Of a stretch of 64,000 nucleotides of DNA, positions 36,700 through 44,752 are shown piece after piece. Under the pieces are notes generated by a model that worked only from the letters and a program-made list of their open reading frames with translations, made no database searches and had not been told where the DNA came from. Source of the DNA: Patescibacteria group bacterium (GTDB taxonomy: Bacteria; Patescibacteriota; Patescibacteriia; UBA9934); NCBI GenBank assembly GCA_041659765.1, contig JBAZXR010000001.1:595338-659337 (forward strand), read 5' to 3'. How positions within the stretch are numbered: the first letter of the stretch is position 1; every line of letters starts with the position of its first letter. Position numbers and translations under genes: made by a program.

Positions 36700-38256
36700 T
36701 TACTGCGTCTTCTCACCTGTGAGTAAAAAGTCTAACTCGTTGTCAAAGATTCTTTTAAATTCCGATCGTGGATCCGCATGATCAATAATCTGTTTTGCAA
36801 CTAGATGGGCGTATTTATCTTTAATTATTCCCTCAGGATAATTAATCCTGTGATCTACGCTGCATCCAGAAAGTTCAGCATCGAAATCATTCTTCATTTC
36901 ATTATCGTAGTAATCTTCAATCTGCTTCCTTGATAATACAACGAAACGTTTGGCCGCGATATCCACGTTCATCTTCTGCATCTTCTTGTATTCGGGAGTA
37001 TTTTGGTATTCAGGATCAGTGGGGCTATCAATGATAATGCTGTATTTATCGTAGTAAAATGGGTTGCACTTAAGGAGTGTCTGCTCGGTGTTGAACCTTC
37101 GAATGTGTTCTGCAAAAAGTGGTACATTATTTGCCCCTGCGGCTGAAATAAACCCCCAATTCTTCACGATCCCTTTCTTCTTTAATGCGTCAAGCAATTT
37201 TTGAAGACTAGCCTCCTCGAGAAGACAATAATTTTCAACGTAGCCAAAATCCGTCTCGTCAGCCCCCACCATCTTTGCAGCAATATAGTTAACGCTCTGA
37301 TCATCGAACCCGTCGTTGCCTTTCCCCGGATTACCGTGCTCGTCTACGGTTTGTCCGCCATCAATTAAATATACCTTTTGATCTCTTGGAAAACTTCCGG
37401 ATTTCGAAACAATAAATGGCGAATGTGTAGTTACGAAAAACATTGCGTTATTGACTGATGATAAATCGTTTAAGATTTTTGGAACCAATTTTTGATACTC
37501 AGGGTGAAGAGATGTTTCCGGTTCCTCGATGCAGATGATGTGAAAATAATTTGGGACCTCCGGTCTATCGTTCCTTTTGTAGGACTCCAAATCATTGATC
37601 AATTTCTGCAAATTGAAATAAATCGAAATAAGGCGGATTTGTCCAGACGACAATGCCTTGAGATTAATTCTAGAGCCATCTTCAAGAAGTAACTGAATTG
37701 ATTCAACGCCCGCTGCCGATCTCATTACGTTCGTCACGGGAGAGTTGGTGTATCGATGTCTATTAATGAAATCTCTTAGATCACGTTCTAAAATGAAACT
37801 CGGCAACTTATCAAGATTGATCGCGAGACCCTCCTTGTGGGGCAACGTTCGTCTTGTGTCACTGAAATCGAAATATCGGGCAATATCTCCTAGGGGGAGA
37901 GTTGTGGCCCCTCCTTCAGCCTTCTGCATAACAGCTTTCCCATTTTTAATGAGTGAGGGATCCAGATGCACGTTTACTGTATTGCCTATTCCTTCCGGCT
38001 CGTCATATGAATACGAGAAGTTGAAGTCTGGATGGAATACTTCGAGAGGATCGCCAAAGGCCTCGTCGATGTTGGCGTCACTACGATTGTAATATTGGGA
38101 ATTAAAAGCCATCATGATCAATTCGAGAACCGAGCTTTTTCCTGCGCCGTTTTTTCCAATTAAATAATTGACCTTCTTTAATTTTGTAATTTCAAATGAT
38201 GAAGCCTTGATATTTTTATACCCAGAGATACTTAATTTGCTCAACATAAACTCCAT
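36700..38256 (-). CDS. ABC-type AAA ATPase of the OLD/AAA_15-21 family with a possible C-terminal Toprim-like domain (putative anti-phage defence)
   Basis: Walker A LIGKNGAGKSSVLE, ABC signature-like ALSSGQIRLISIY, Walker B IICIEEPETSLHP, H-loop VTTHSP. The C-terminal ~200 aa carry Toprim-like acidic residues (CLLEEAS ... IIIDSPTDPE). Confidence 0.6.
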   Translation of the reverse strand: MEFMLSKLSISGYKNIKASSFEITKLKKVNYLIGKNGAGKSSVLELIMMAFNSQYYNRSDANIDEAFGDPLEVFHPDFNFSYSYDEPEGIGNTVNVHLDPSLIKNGKAVMQKAEGGATTLPLGDIARYFDFSDTRRTLPHKEGLAINLDKLPSFILERDLRDFINRHRYTNSPVTNVMRSAAGVESIQLLLEDGSRINLKALSSGQIRLISIYFNLQKLINDLESYKRNDRPEVPNYFHIICIEEPETSLHPEYQKLVPKILNDLSSVNNAMFFVTTHSPFIVSKSGSFPRDQKVYLIDGGQTVDEHGNPGKGNDGFDDQSVNYIAAKMVGADETDFGYVENYCLLEEASLQKLLDALKKKGIVKNWGFISAAGANNVPLFAEHIRRFNTEQTLLKCNPFYYDKYSIIIDSPTDPEYQNTPEYKKMQKMNVDIAAKRFVVLSRKQIEDYYDNEMKNDFDAELSGCSVDHRINYPEGIIKDKYAHLVAKQIIDHADPRSEFKRIFDNELDFLLTGEKTQ

Positions 38257-38302
38257 TTGATCTTACGCGTTATTAAAAACCGCCACGCAAAGTGACGGTT
38301 TT

Positions 38303-38405
38303 TGGAGGGCCCGGAAGGAATCGAACCTACTTCGGGGCATTGCAGTGCTGACATCGAGGATATCGTCACTGTCAGTGCCTCTTGTCCGCCACTGGACTCG
38401 GGCCC
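38303..38405 (-). tRNA. tRNA-like gene, 103 nt, with a ~29-nt insertion in the anticodon region; one parse gives tRNA-Val(GAC)
   Basis: Minus strand: 7-bp acceptor GGGCCCG/CGGGCCC, discriminator U, encoded CCA, and a canonical T-arm GTAGG-TTCGATT-CCTTC (GGTTCGATTCC). The D-arm is GTCC-AGTGGC-GGAC. Between them, CUGACA pairs with UGUCAG across a 16-nt loop. Removing GTGACGATATCCTCGATGTCAGCACTGCA leaves a 74-nt cloverleaf with anticodon loop CUGACAA. Confidence 0.55.
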
Positions 38406-38514
38406 ATATACCAAGGCTAACACGCATCAATCTTGAGGTCGAGCGACGGAAACGGGGATAACTTATGAAACGCATAAGGGGGCTCCGGGATGACTTCCTG
38501 CTACCATTCTCCCT

Positions 38515-39054
38515 ATGCCCCTCCCTCTCTTCACCTTAAAACGCCACCCCCGCTCCCGAGGCGTTCGTATTCGTATTCGTATTGGGGCTGATGGGCAGTG
38601 TACGGTCACGGCGCATAAACGAGTCCCCGTCTGGATGATCAACCAATTTGTAGAGCAAAAGTCCGCTTGGATCCAAGAACACGTCGCCAAAGCCAAAAGC
38701 AGGCCGCAGAGTTTGCTTCATGGGGGTACGAAGGCGGATTACACTCGCCTAAAAGTACGCGCGCTTGAGCTGGCGCATGCAAGGCTCGAATATTTCAATG
38801 CAGTCTACAAGCTCACCTACAAAAAAGTTTCTATTCGCAATCAAAAAACCCGCTGGGGCAGTTGTACAAGTAATGGGGCGTTGAGTTTTAATTATCGGAT
38901 CGTGCAACTGTCGGCGGAACAGGTTGATTACATCGTTGTTCATGAACTCTGCCACCTGGCGCAGATGAATCACTCGGTGAAGTTTTGGAGGTTGGTTGAG
39001 AAAACTATTCCAGACCACAAACGACTCCGAGCGACGATTAGGAACGCAAAGTAA
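38515..39054 (+). CDS. DUF45/YgjP-family zinc metallohydrolase (M48/SprT-like HExxH)
   Basis: VVHELCHLAQMNHS (HExxH) and a typical DUF45 N-terminus (RIRIRIGADGQCTVTAHKRVP...WI). Proteins of this family are often encoded beside type I R-M systems. Contains an internal (CGTATT)x3 microsatellite. Confidence 0.75.
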   Translation: MPLPLFTLKRHPRSRGVRIRIRIGADGQCTVTAHKRVPVWMINQFVEQKSAWIQEHVAKAKSRPQSLLHGGTKADYTRLKVRALELAHARLEYFNAVYKLTYKKVSIRNQKTRWGSCTSNGALSFNYRIVQLSAEQVDYIVVHELCHLAQMNHSVKFWRLVEKTIPDHKRLRATIRNAK

Positions 39055-39085
39055 AACCCCGCCATTACAGCGGGGATTTTTACTT
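39055..39085. terminator. bidirectional terminator
   Basis: AAAACCCCGC-CATTACAG-CGGGGATTTTTACTTTTT. Confidence 0.65.
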
Positions 39086-39358
39086 TTTCTTTTTTGCATT
39101 CACGAACTGCAGCGCGATGGCGAGGAGCGTTGGGATGGTAAAACCGATCAACAGCGGCCATGCGACAACCCATTCTTCGTGCGGATAACAGTATGCAGGA
39201 ACGTCGCCGGCGAATAACGCAACCTTACAGATCGCGCTGCCTTCTACAAGCATTTTTCTTACGAGCAGCCCCGAGGGCACTGCAATAAGCCACGCGCCCA
39301 AACAAAGGCCAAGAAGAAAACCTCGATGCTTTATTAGTAAATTCCCGAGGTTCTTCAT
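39080..39358 (-). CDS. small membrane protein (92 aa)
   Basis: Two predicted TM helices and a C-terminal KKKK. Confidence 0.4.
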   Translation of the reverse strand: MKNLGNLLIKHRGFLLGLCLGAWLIAVPSGLLVRKMLVEGSAICKVALFAGDVPAYCYPHEEWVVAWPLLIGFTIPTLLAIALQFVNAKKKK

Positions 39359-39360
39359 AG

Positions 39361-39678
39361 TTACATCACATCCTCATCCTCCCCCTTATACGTCTTTTTT
39401 TCTTTCACCGTGTAACCGTCTCTTGATTTGAGTGCTTCCATGATTCGGCGGACACCGTCAGCAATACCGGTGATGAGAGCGACGTTGCCGTCAAACTTCC
39501 GCTTCATGCCCATGATGGAGTTTTCGAGGTCGTCGAGTTTTACTTTTACTTCGTCAACAAGTCCGTGCAGGCGCTTGAGTAGTCCTGCAGCCTGGAAGAG
39601 AAGCCAGCAAAGAAAAGCAGTAAACCACAATGCACAAAACGCAAGCACTATGAATAGAATGTCTTGGGTTCCCAGCAT
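39361..39678 (-). CDS. small membrane/coiled-coil protein (DUF948-like architecture)
   Basis: N-terminal TM (ILFIVLAFCALWFTAFLCWLLF) followed by a coiled-coil. Confidence 0.45.
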   Translation of the reverse strand: MLGTQDILFIVLAFCALWFTAFLCWLLFQAAGLLKRLHGLVDEVKVKLDDLENSIMGMKRKFDGNVALITGIADGVRRIMEALKSRDGYTVKEKKTYKGEDEDVM

Positions 39679-39696
39679 ATTAACTAAATAATACCA

Positions 39697-40314
39697 CTAC
39701 TTAATCGGCGTTGTCCGCAAATCCGGGGTAACCTCCAAACACGCATCACGACATTGTAAAGGAATTTCCCTTTTTAACATAACATCGACCTGATCCCTAG
39801 TATAGATGTACTCATTGTTCGAGTCCTCGAGTCGGCTCTCGATACGTTGATCCAAAAGACGCTGAAACTCGATCGACTCCGGCGGAGGATTCAGTGGCGC
39901 GAATCGCAATAAGCATACTGATCCAATCCCCAACAAAATTAAAACACAAAACAAAATCATTCTTACGTCAGACAAACCTTCGATTTTCTTGATCAAAACA
40001 AGATCCATCACCAGAATAAACAACGTCATCGCACAAAAAATTAATACAATAAACAAACCCGCACTCCAGGCGTCCGCGATTCGACCAAAAATCTGAATAC
40101 TGACTGAAACAAAAGTAAAAAGTGCGACAAAAACTCCCAGTGCTTCAATCGACCTTATCTGCCTCTCATCCGCGCGCTTATCGTAGTCATCGATCTTGGC
40201 AACAAGGTCCGCTCGGAGAGTTTGAAAATCGTTCAAGGAAGGGACGTTGCCGGATCCAGCCTGGGATGCGACACCACGCTGAGGGTACGCGCTGCCTATT
40301 CCAAAGTTGGCCAT
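39697..40314 (-). CDS. hypothetical membrane protein (205 aa)
   Basis: Central pair of TM helices. No family recognised. Confidence 0.45.
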   Translation of the reverse strand: MANFGIGSAYPQRGVASQAGSGNVPSLNDFQTLRADLVAKIDDYDKRADERQIRSIEALGVFVALFTFVSVSIQIFGRIADAWSAGLFIVLIFCAMTLFILVMDLVLIKKIEGLSDVRMILFCVLILLGIGSVCLLRFAPLNPPPESIEFQRLLDQRIESRLEDSNNEYIYTRDQVDVMLKREIPLQCRDACLEVTPDLRTTPIK

Positions 40315-41024
40315 AATGTCTTTTCAATCTCTTTAAGCTTAAAACTTTCTTTGGATTGCTCTATAAACTTTCTTATTGAAAAATTAGAAAATTTGGACGA
40401 CAAATTCTCCGTCGGATTTGAGTTAAAATCGCGGGTGATCTGGATGCCCGCCACCTCAGAGGGTTCGCCCGAAAGTCTCGCACTCATCCTTTCCAAAGTA
40501 ACGAAATTATTTACATTAAAGTCGAACTCATCAAATTTAACGCTCCTGACATACCTCACAAAAACTTCAACAAACGCGGATTCTGATTCAATGCCGAATA
40601 GATCTCTAAATCCCGGAACAATTGCCTGCTCAATAACTTTATCCTGACTTTGTTCCGGAATAAAAAAACGAGAAACGAACCCAACCCGTTTGATCGGCAG
40701 AGATTCGGCTCCGCAAAAAGCAATCAATTTCTCGGACAATTCGGTGATTGTCTTCATCTTAGCCTCAAACGGCTGCCTCCCTTCCCCGGCCACAAATAAA
40801 TCAATTCGCCCTCGCGCAATATTGCAACCGTATATGCCATCTTTGGAACTCAGCTGAACCACCGGGATATCGCTAAGCTCAATAGGGATAGGAAGCGCTA
40901 TCAGATTCCCATCCATTATTCCACCCAGTGCTTCATTAAGACGCTGATAACGATCTTCCGGGCGATCTATTAAACGATCTAGAAATAATGCCAGCTGGGT
41001 GTTAATGAGAATCTCATCCTTCAT
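40296..41024 (-). CDS. hypothetical protein (242 aa)
   Basis: Overlaps the downstream gene by 19 nt. Lies 16 nt downstream of the pheT stop on the same strand. Confidence 0.5.
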   Translation of the reverse strand: MKDEILINTQLALFLDRLIDRPEDRYQRLNEALGGIMDGNLIALPIPIELSDIPVVQLSSKDGIYGCNIARGRIDLFVAGEGRQPFEAKMKTITELSEKLIAFCGAESLPIKRVGFVSRFFIPEQSQDKVIEQAIVPGFRDLFGIESESAFVEVFVRYVRSVKFDEFDFNVNNFVTLERMSARLSGEPSEVAGIQITRDFNSNPTENLSSKFSNFSIRKFIEQSKESFKLKEIEKTLWPTLE

Positions 41025-41039
41025 AAATCAACGAGTTAG

Positions 41040-43460
41040 CTACCCCCTCAACGCCGCACCGAATTTGCCTTCGAGAGCCGTCGTGATGCGCTTAATTTCA
41101 TTTTCTACCTCGTCGCTCGTCAGTGTTCGATCATTAGCCGAAAAGGTCAGAGAAAGGGTCAACGACTTCTTACCGGACTCGACTCCTGCGCCGCGGTAAA
41201 TGTCAGTCAGCGAGATGTCGGTGAGTAACGGGCCAGCGACAGCGGCGGCGATTTCGTCGTAGGCGGTGCGTTCGTTCAACATGAAAGACAAGTCTCGTCG
41301 AGAAGCTGGGAAGGCACTGAGGAGTTCGTAGCGGAGAGCTTTTTTGAGATGCGGCAGAAGGGCTTCGAGGTCTAGGTCGATAAGGAAGACCTGCTTCTCA
41401 AGTCCGAAAGCACGTTCGTAGGCAGGCGCAACTTCCCCCATCATGCCAACAAGGGTGCGGACGCCGTTAATCTCGGCATGAATGTCCGCAGCGCGGCTGG
41501 GGTGATAGCGTGGAGTGTCCTGTACGCGGGTGAGCGAGAAGGCGACGCCGGTTTCTTTGCCGAGGCGTTCGAGCGTGCCCTTGAGGCGCATAAAAGCGGC
41601 CTCGGAGTTGTCGTAGCCGTAGTCGGCGATAACTAAACGATACTGTTCGAGAGGTAGGTTGCTGGTTGCGGGTTGCAGGTTAGAGAGGAGATGCACGCGA
41701 GAGAGTTCGAAAATACGAGCCGAAGGAGAGGTAGCCTGGTTCTTTTCGATATCCCGAAGAATCGAGGGAACTAGCGTGGGGCGCAGGTAGCTCAAGTCTT
41801 CGGCAAGCGGGTTGAGCAGCTTAACTGCATCAAGCGGGGTGATGCCGTAGCGTTCCAAGTCCTTGCCGTCAATGAGCGAAACGCCGAAGAACTCGGTATA
41901 ACCAAGAGATGCAAGAACGCGCTTCAGTTTGCGTTCCCAAACGACTGCAACGTCATTAACTGCTGGAGGAGGCGTCACGGCAGGCAACGTGCTCGGCATG
42001 TTGTGGTAGCCGTAGATGCGCGCAACTTCTTCGGTGAGATCAACCTCGGACTCAATGTCGTGATCACGCCAGAATGGAACGGTGGCCGTGATGATGTGGC
42101 CTTTCTTCGTCAGCATGAAGCCGAGCTTCGTCAGAATCTTCTCGATCTGTTCGTCCGAAATATCAACGCCGATTCTTGAGCGAATCTTCTTCGTAGACGT
42201 CTTGTACACGCGAGGTTTATACGCCTTCTCTTTTTCGTGGCGCGTGTCTGACAGTCCTTCGACGGTACCGCCAGCGAGTTGTTGTACAAGCTCAAGTGCG
42301 CGCGCCATGGCAATTGGCAACGCCTCCGTGGACAAACCTTTTTCGAAGACTAACTGAGAGTCAGAGTAAAGGTTCAGGTCGCGTGCGGTTCTGCGAACAG
42401 AGACGGCATCAAAAGCGGCTGCCTCGAAAACAACCGTCGTCGTTTCGTTCGTGGTCGAGCTCGCTTCCCCGCCCATGACACCAGCCACGGCCATCGGTCC
42501 TTCTTGGTCAGCAATGATGAGGTTTGTCTTTGAAAGTTCGTATTCCTTGCCATCGAGGGCTTTGAGCTTCTCCCCCTTCTGCGCGTCACGAATCACAATC
42601 TGATTACCGCGGATTTTGCTTGCGTCAAAGGCGTGCATCGGCTGGCCGAGCTCATGCAAGACCAAGTTTGTGATGTCAACAATGTTATTAATCGGCCGAT
42701 GACCAGCGAGCAACAATTTCTTCTGAAGCCACCACGGTGATGGGCCGACTTTTACGTTTTTTACCACGGCTGCCATGTAGCGTGGACACTTTTTGGAGTT
42801 GATCGAGACCCTGAAACCCTGAACCTCCTCCGACTCCTCCTTGGAAAGGAGGAGAGGAGCGAAAGTGAACTGACCATCGGTCGAGGCTGAACCTTCGCGG
42901 GCGAGACCGACGATGCTCATGCAGTCGGGGCGATTTGTAGTTACCTCGATATCAAAAATGGTGTCATTGAGTTCAAGTGCTTCGACAATCGGCGTGCCGG
43001 CTTTTGCGTCGGTTACTTTCGAAAGATCCCAAATCTCATGTTCGCCAGCGGGAATCTTGTCGAAACCGACTTCGGCTGCCGCGCAAATCATGCCAATGCT
43101 CTTTACTCCACGGATTTCAACCTCGGCGAGCGTGACCAGTTCGCCCTCACCATGCCACTTAACCTTTGCGCCCGGGAGCGCTACGAACACGCGCTGGCCA
43201 ACTTCAAGATTCGATCCGCCACACACAACTTCGACAGTCTTCTCGCCAATATCCGTCACCGCAATGCGAAGTTTGTTCGCATTGGGGTGCGCTTTGATCT
43301 CCTTGATAACGCCGACCACCATGTGTTCAAATTTGCCCCAAAGAGCGTCGATTTTTTCGACGGACATGGACTTGAGCGAGAGTTCTTTAGCAAACTCATC
43401 CGCAGAAAGCGTGGTGTTCAAGTATTCGCGGATCCAATTGTAAGAGGCGAGGATGTTCAT
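41040..43460 (-). CDS. pheT: phenylalanyl-tRNA synthetase beta subunit
   Basis: 806 aa with an N-terminal tRNA-binding domain (MNILASYNWIREYL...), B3/4, B5 and a C-terminal FDX-ACB domain. Confidence 0.92.
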   Translation of the reverse strand: MNILASYNWIREYLNTTLSADEFAKELSLKSMSVEKIDALWGKFEHMVVGVIKEIKAHPNANKLRIAVTDIGEKTVEVVCGGSNLEVGQRVFVALPGAKVKWHGEGELVTLAEVEIRGVKSIGMICAAAEVGFDKIPAGEHEIWDLSKVTDAKAGTPIVEALELNDTIFDIEVTTNRPDCMSIVGLAREGSASTDGQFTFAPLLLSKEESEEVQGFRVSINSKKCPRYMAAVVKNVKVGPSPWWLQKKLLLAGHRPINNIVDITNLVLHELGQPMHAFDASKIRGNQIVIRDAQKGEKLKALDGKEYELSKTNLIIADQEGPMAVAGVMGGEASSTTNETTTVVFEAAAFDAVSVRRTARDLNLYSDSQLVFEKGLSTEALPIAMARALELVQQLAGGTVEGLSDTRHEKEKAYKPRVYKTSTKKIRSRIGVDISDEQIEKILTKLGFMLTKKGHIITATVPFWRDHDIESEVDLTEEVARIYGYHNMPSTLPAVTPPPAVNDVAVVWERKLKRVLASLGYTEFFGVSLIDGKDLERYGITPLDAVKLLNPLAEDLSYLRPTLVPSILRDIEKNQATSPSARIFELSRVHLLSNLQPATSNLPLEQYRLVIADYGYDNSEAAFMRLKGTLERLGKETGVAFSLTRVQDTPRYHPSRAADIHAEINGVRTLVGMMGEVAPAYERAFGLEKQVFLIDLDLEALLPHLKKALRYELLSAFPASRRDLSFMLNERTAYDEIAAAVAGPLLTDISLTDIYRGAGVESGKKSLTLSLTFSANDRTLTSDEVENEIKRITTALEGKFGAALRG

Positions 43461-43468
43461 AGTCGATA

Positions 43469-43560
43469 GCTGAAAAGTTGAAAAGGTTGAAAAAGCTGTA
43501 AAGTGGGAATCTGATTGAATTACTTTTTTAACTTTCTTTGGCTTTTTTAACTTTTTTAAC
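43469..43560. repeat. Family-E AT-rich inverted-repeat element (copy E1) between pheS and pheT
   Basis: AAAAGTTGAAAAGGTTGAAAAAGCTGTAAAG ... CTTTTTTAACTTTCTTTGGCTTTTTTAACTTTTTTAAC. The arms match the element at 60044-60138. Confidence 0.65.
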
Positions 43561-43561
43561 T

Positions 43562-44644
43562 CTAAAACTGTTCAAGAAACCTCAAATCATTCTTATACAT
43601 GATGCGGATGTCGTCGATGTTTAAACCGGAACGCATCATAGCGGTGCGCTCAACTCCCCAACCGAAGGCAAAACCTTGATACTCTTTGGGATCAAGTCCG
43701 CCGGCTTTCAAAACATTCGGATGCACCATGCCGGCGCCGCCGAGTTCAAGCCAACCAGCTTTACAAAGCTTACATTTCACACCAGCGACAAGTCCTGTGC
43801 CTTCGCACATACCGCAAGAAATGTCGAGTTCAAAGCTCGGCTCGGTAAAGCGGAAATGATATGGACGCAAACGGGTAACGCGCCCTTCGCCGAAGAATTG
43901 TTTTGCGAAGTAATCGCAAACGCCCTTGAGTTCCGTGACGGTCGCGGTTTTGTCGATAACTAAACCTTCGAACTGGTGGAACATCGAGAGATGACGAGGT
44001 GTGGATTGTCGACGATAGCATTTGCCGATGTTGATCATGCGAATTGGCAACTGGCCTTTCTCCATCTCGCGTACCTGTGCGTTACTTGTGTGTGGAGTTA
44101 ATACAATCTTGCCTTTTTCGCCTGTCGCGGTTGTTGGTTGTCGGCCGTCGGTCGTCGAGGCGACAAAAAATGTTTCCCAATCATCACGAGCCGGATGATC
44201 CTTTGGCATGTTGAGCGACTCGAACGCGTAATAATCCCAATCGATCTCGGGATGACGAGCGCGGACAAAGCCGATGCGCGAAAAAATATCGGAAATTTCC
44301 TCGATCGCCTGGCTCGTAATATGGAGATGGCCGACAGCGGGCTCGGTTCCTGGCAAAGAAATGTCCAGCCATTCTTTTTCTGCACGTGAAGCAGACTCCG
44401 TGGCGTCCAGTCTCGCCTTTGCGGCCTCGAAAGCTCCCTCTATGGCAGCTTTCACTTCATTGGCCTTCTGTCCGGCAGCTCTCTTTTCTTCGTTCGATAA
44501 GCTTGGCAAGTCAGACATGATGTCCGCCAGTCTTCCCTTTCGGCCAAGGAACGCAACTCTGGAAGCCTCAAGTTCTTCCGCGTTCGCGATTGTCGAAAAT
44601 GCTTTGAGGCACTCGGTTTCAAGTTCTTGTAGTCGGTTGATCAT
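43562..44644 (-). CDS. pheS: phenylalanyl-tRNA synthetase alpha subunit
   Basis: Class II core with FRFTEPSFELD and GAGMVHPNVL motifs. Confidence 0.92.
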   Translation of the reverse strand: MINRLQELETECLKAFSTIANAEELEASRVAFLGRKGRLADIMSDLPSLSNEEKRAAGQKANEVKAAIEGAFEAAKARLDATESASRAEKEWLDISLPGTEPAVGHLHITSQAIEEISDIFSRIGFVRARHPEIDWDYYAFESLNMPKDHPARDDWETFFVASTTDGRQPTTATGEKGKIVLTPHTSNAQVREMEKGQLPIRMINIGKCYRRQSTPRHLSMFHQFEGLVIDKTATVTELKGVCDYFAKQFFGEGRVTRLRPYHFRFTEPSFELDISCGMCEGTGLVAGVKCKLCKAGWLELGGAGMVHPNVLKAGGLDPKEYQGFAFGWGVERTAMMRSGLNIDDIRIMYKNDLRFLEQF

Positions 44645-44662
44645 AGAATTTTGTTCGGCTCA

Positions 44663-44738
44663 GTCATCCTGAGGAGCTCCGAGCGACGAAGGATCCGATT
44701 GGGCAACCATTCAGATTCTTCGCTCCGCTCAGAATGAC
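44663..44738. repeat. Family-A palindromic intergenic element (copy A1, inverted relative to A2)
   Basis: GTCATCCTGAGGAGCTCCGAGCGACGAAGGATCCGATTGGGCAACCATTCAGATTCTTCGCTCCGCTCAGAATGAC. Its reverse complement is about 92% identical to 47821-47893. Confidence 0.8.
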
Positions 44739-44752
44739 ACTACCGTTTGTCC

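Noticed and set aside
38303-38405. tmRNA (ssrA) because of the GGTTCGATTCC...CCA tRNA-like 3' end
   Set aside because: The element is only ~103 nt with both acceptor strands about 90 nt apart. There is no tag-peptide reading frame or pseudoknot region, and it is too short for tmRNA.
38560-38580. (CGTATT)x3 microsatellite
   Set aside because: It lies in-frame inside the DUF45/YgjP N-terminus (encoding RIRIRI). It is noted as a possible slippage site but has no evidence of phase-variable function.
27802-39054. Integrase or transposase marking the island as an integrative element
   Set aside because: No tyrosine/serine recombinase or transposase motifs were found in any frame of the island. 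Mobility therefore remains an inference from composition, tRNA adjacency and gene content.
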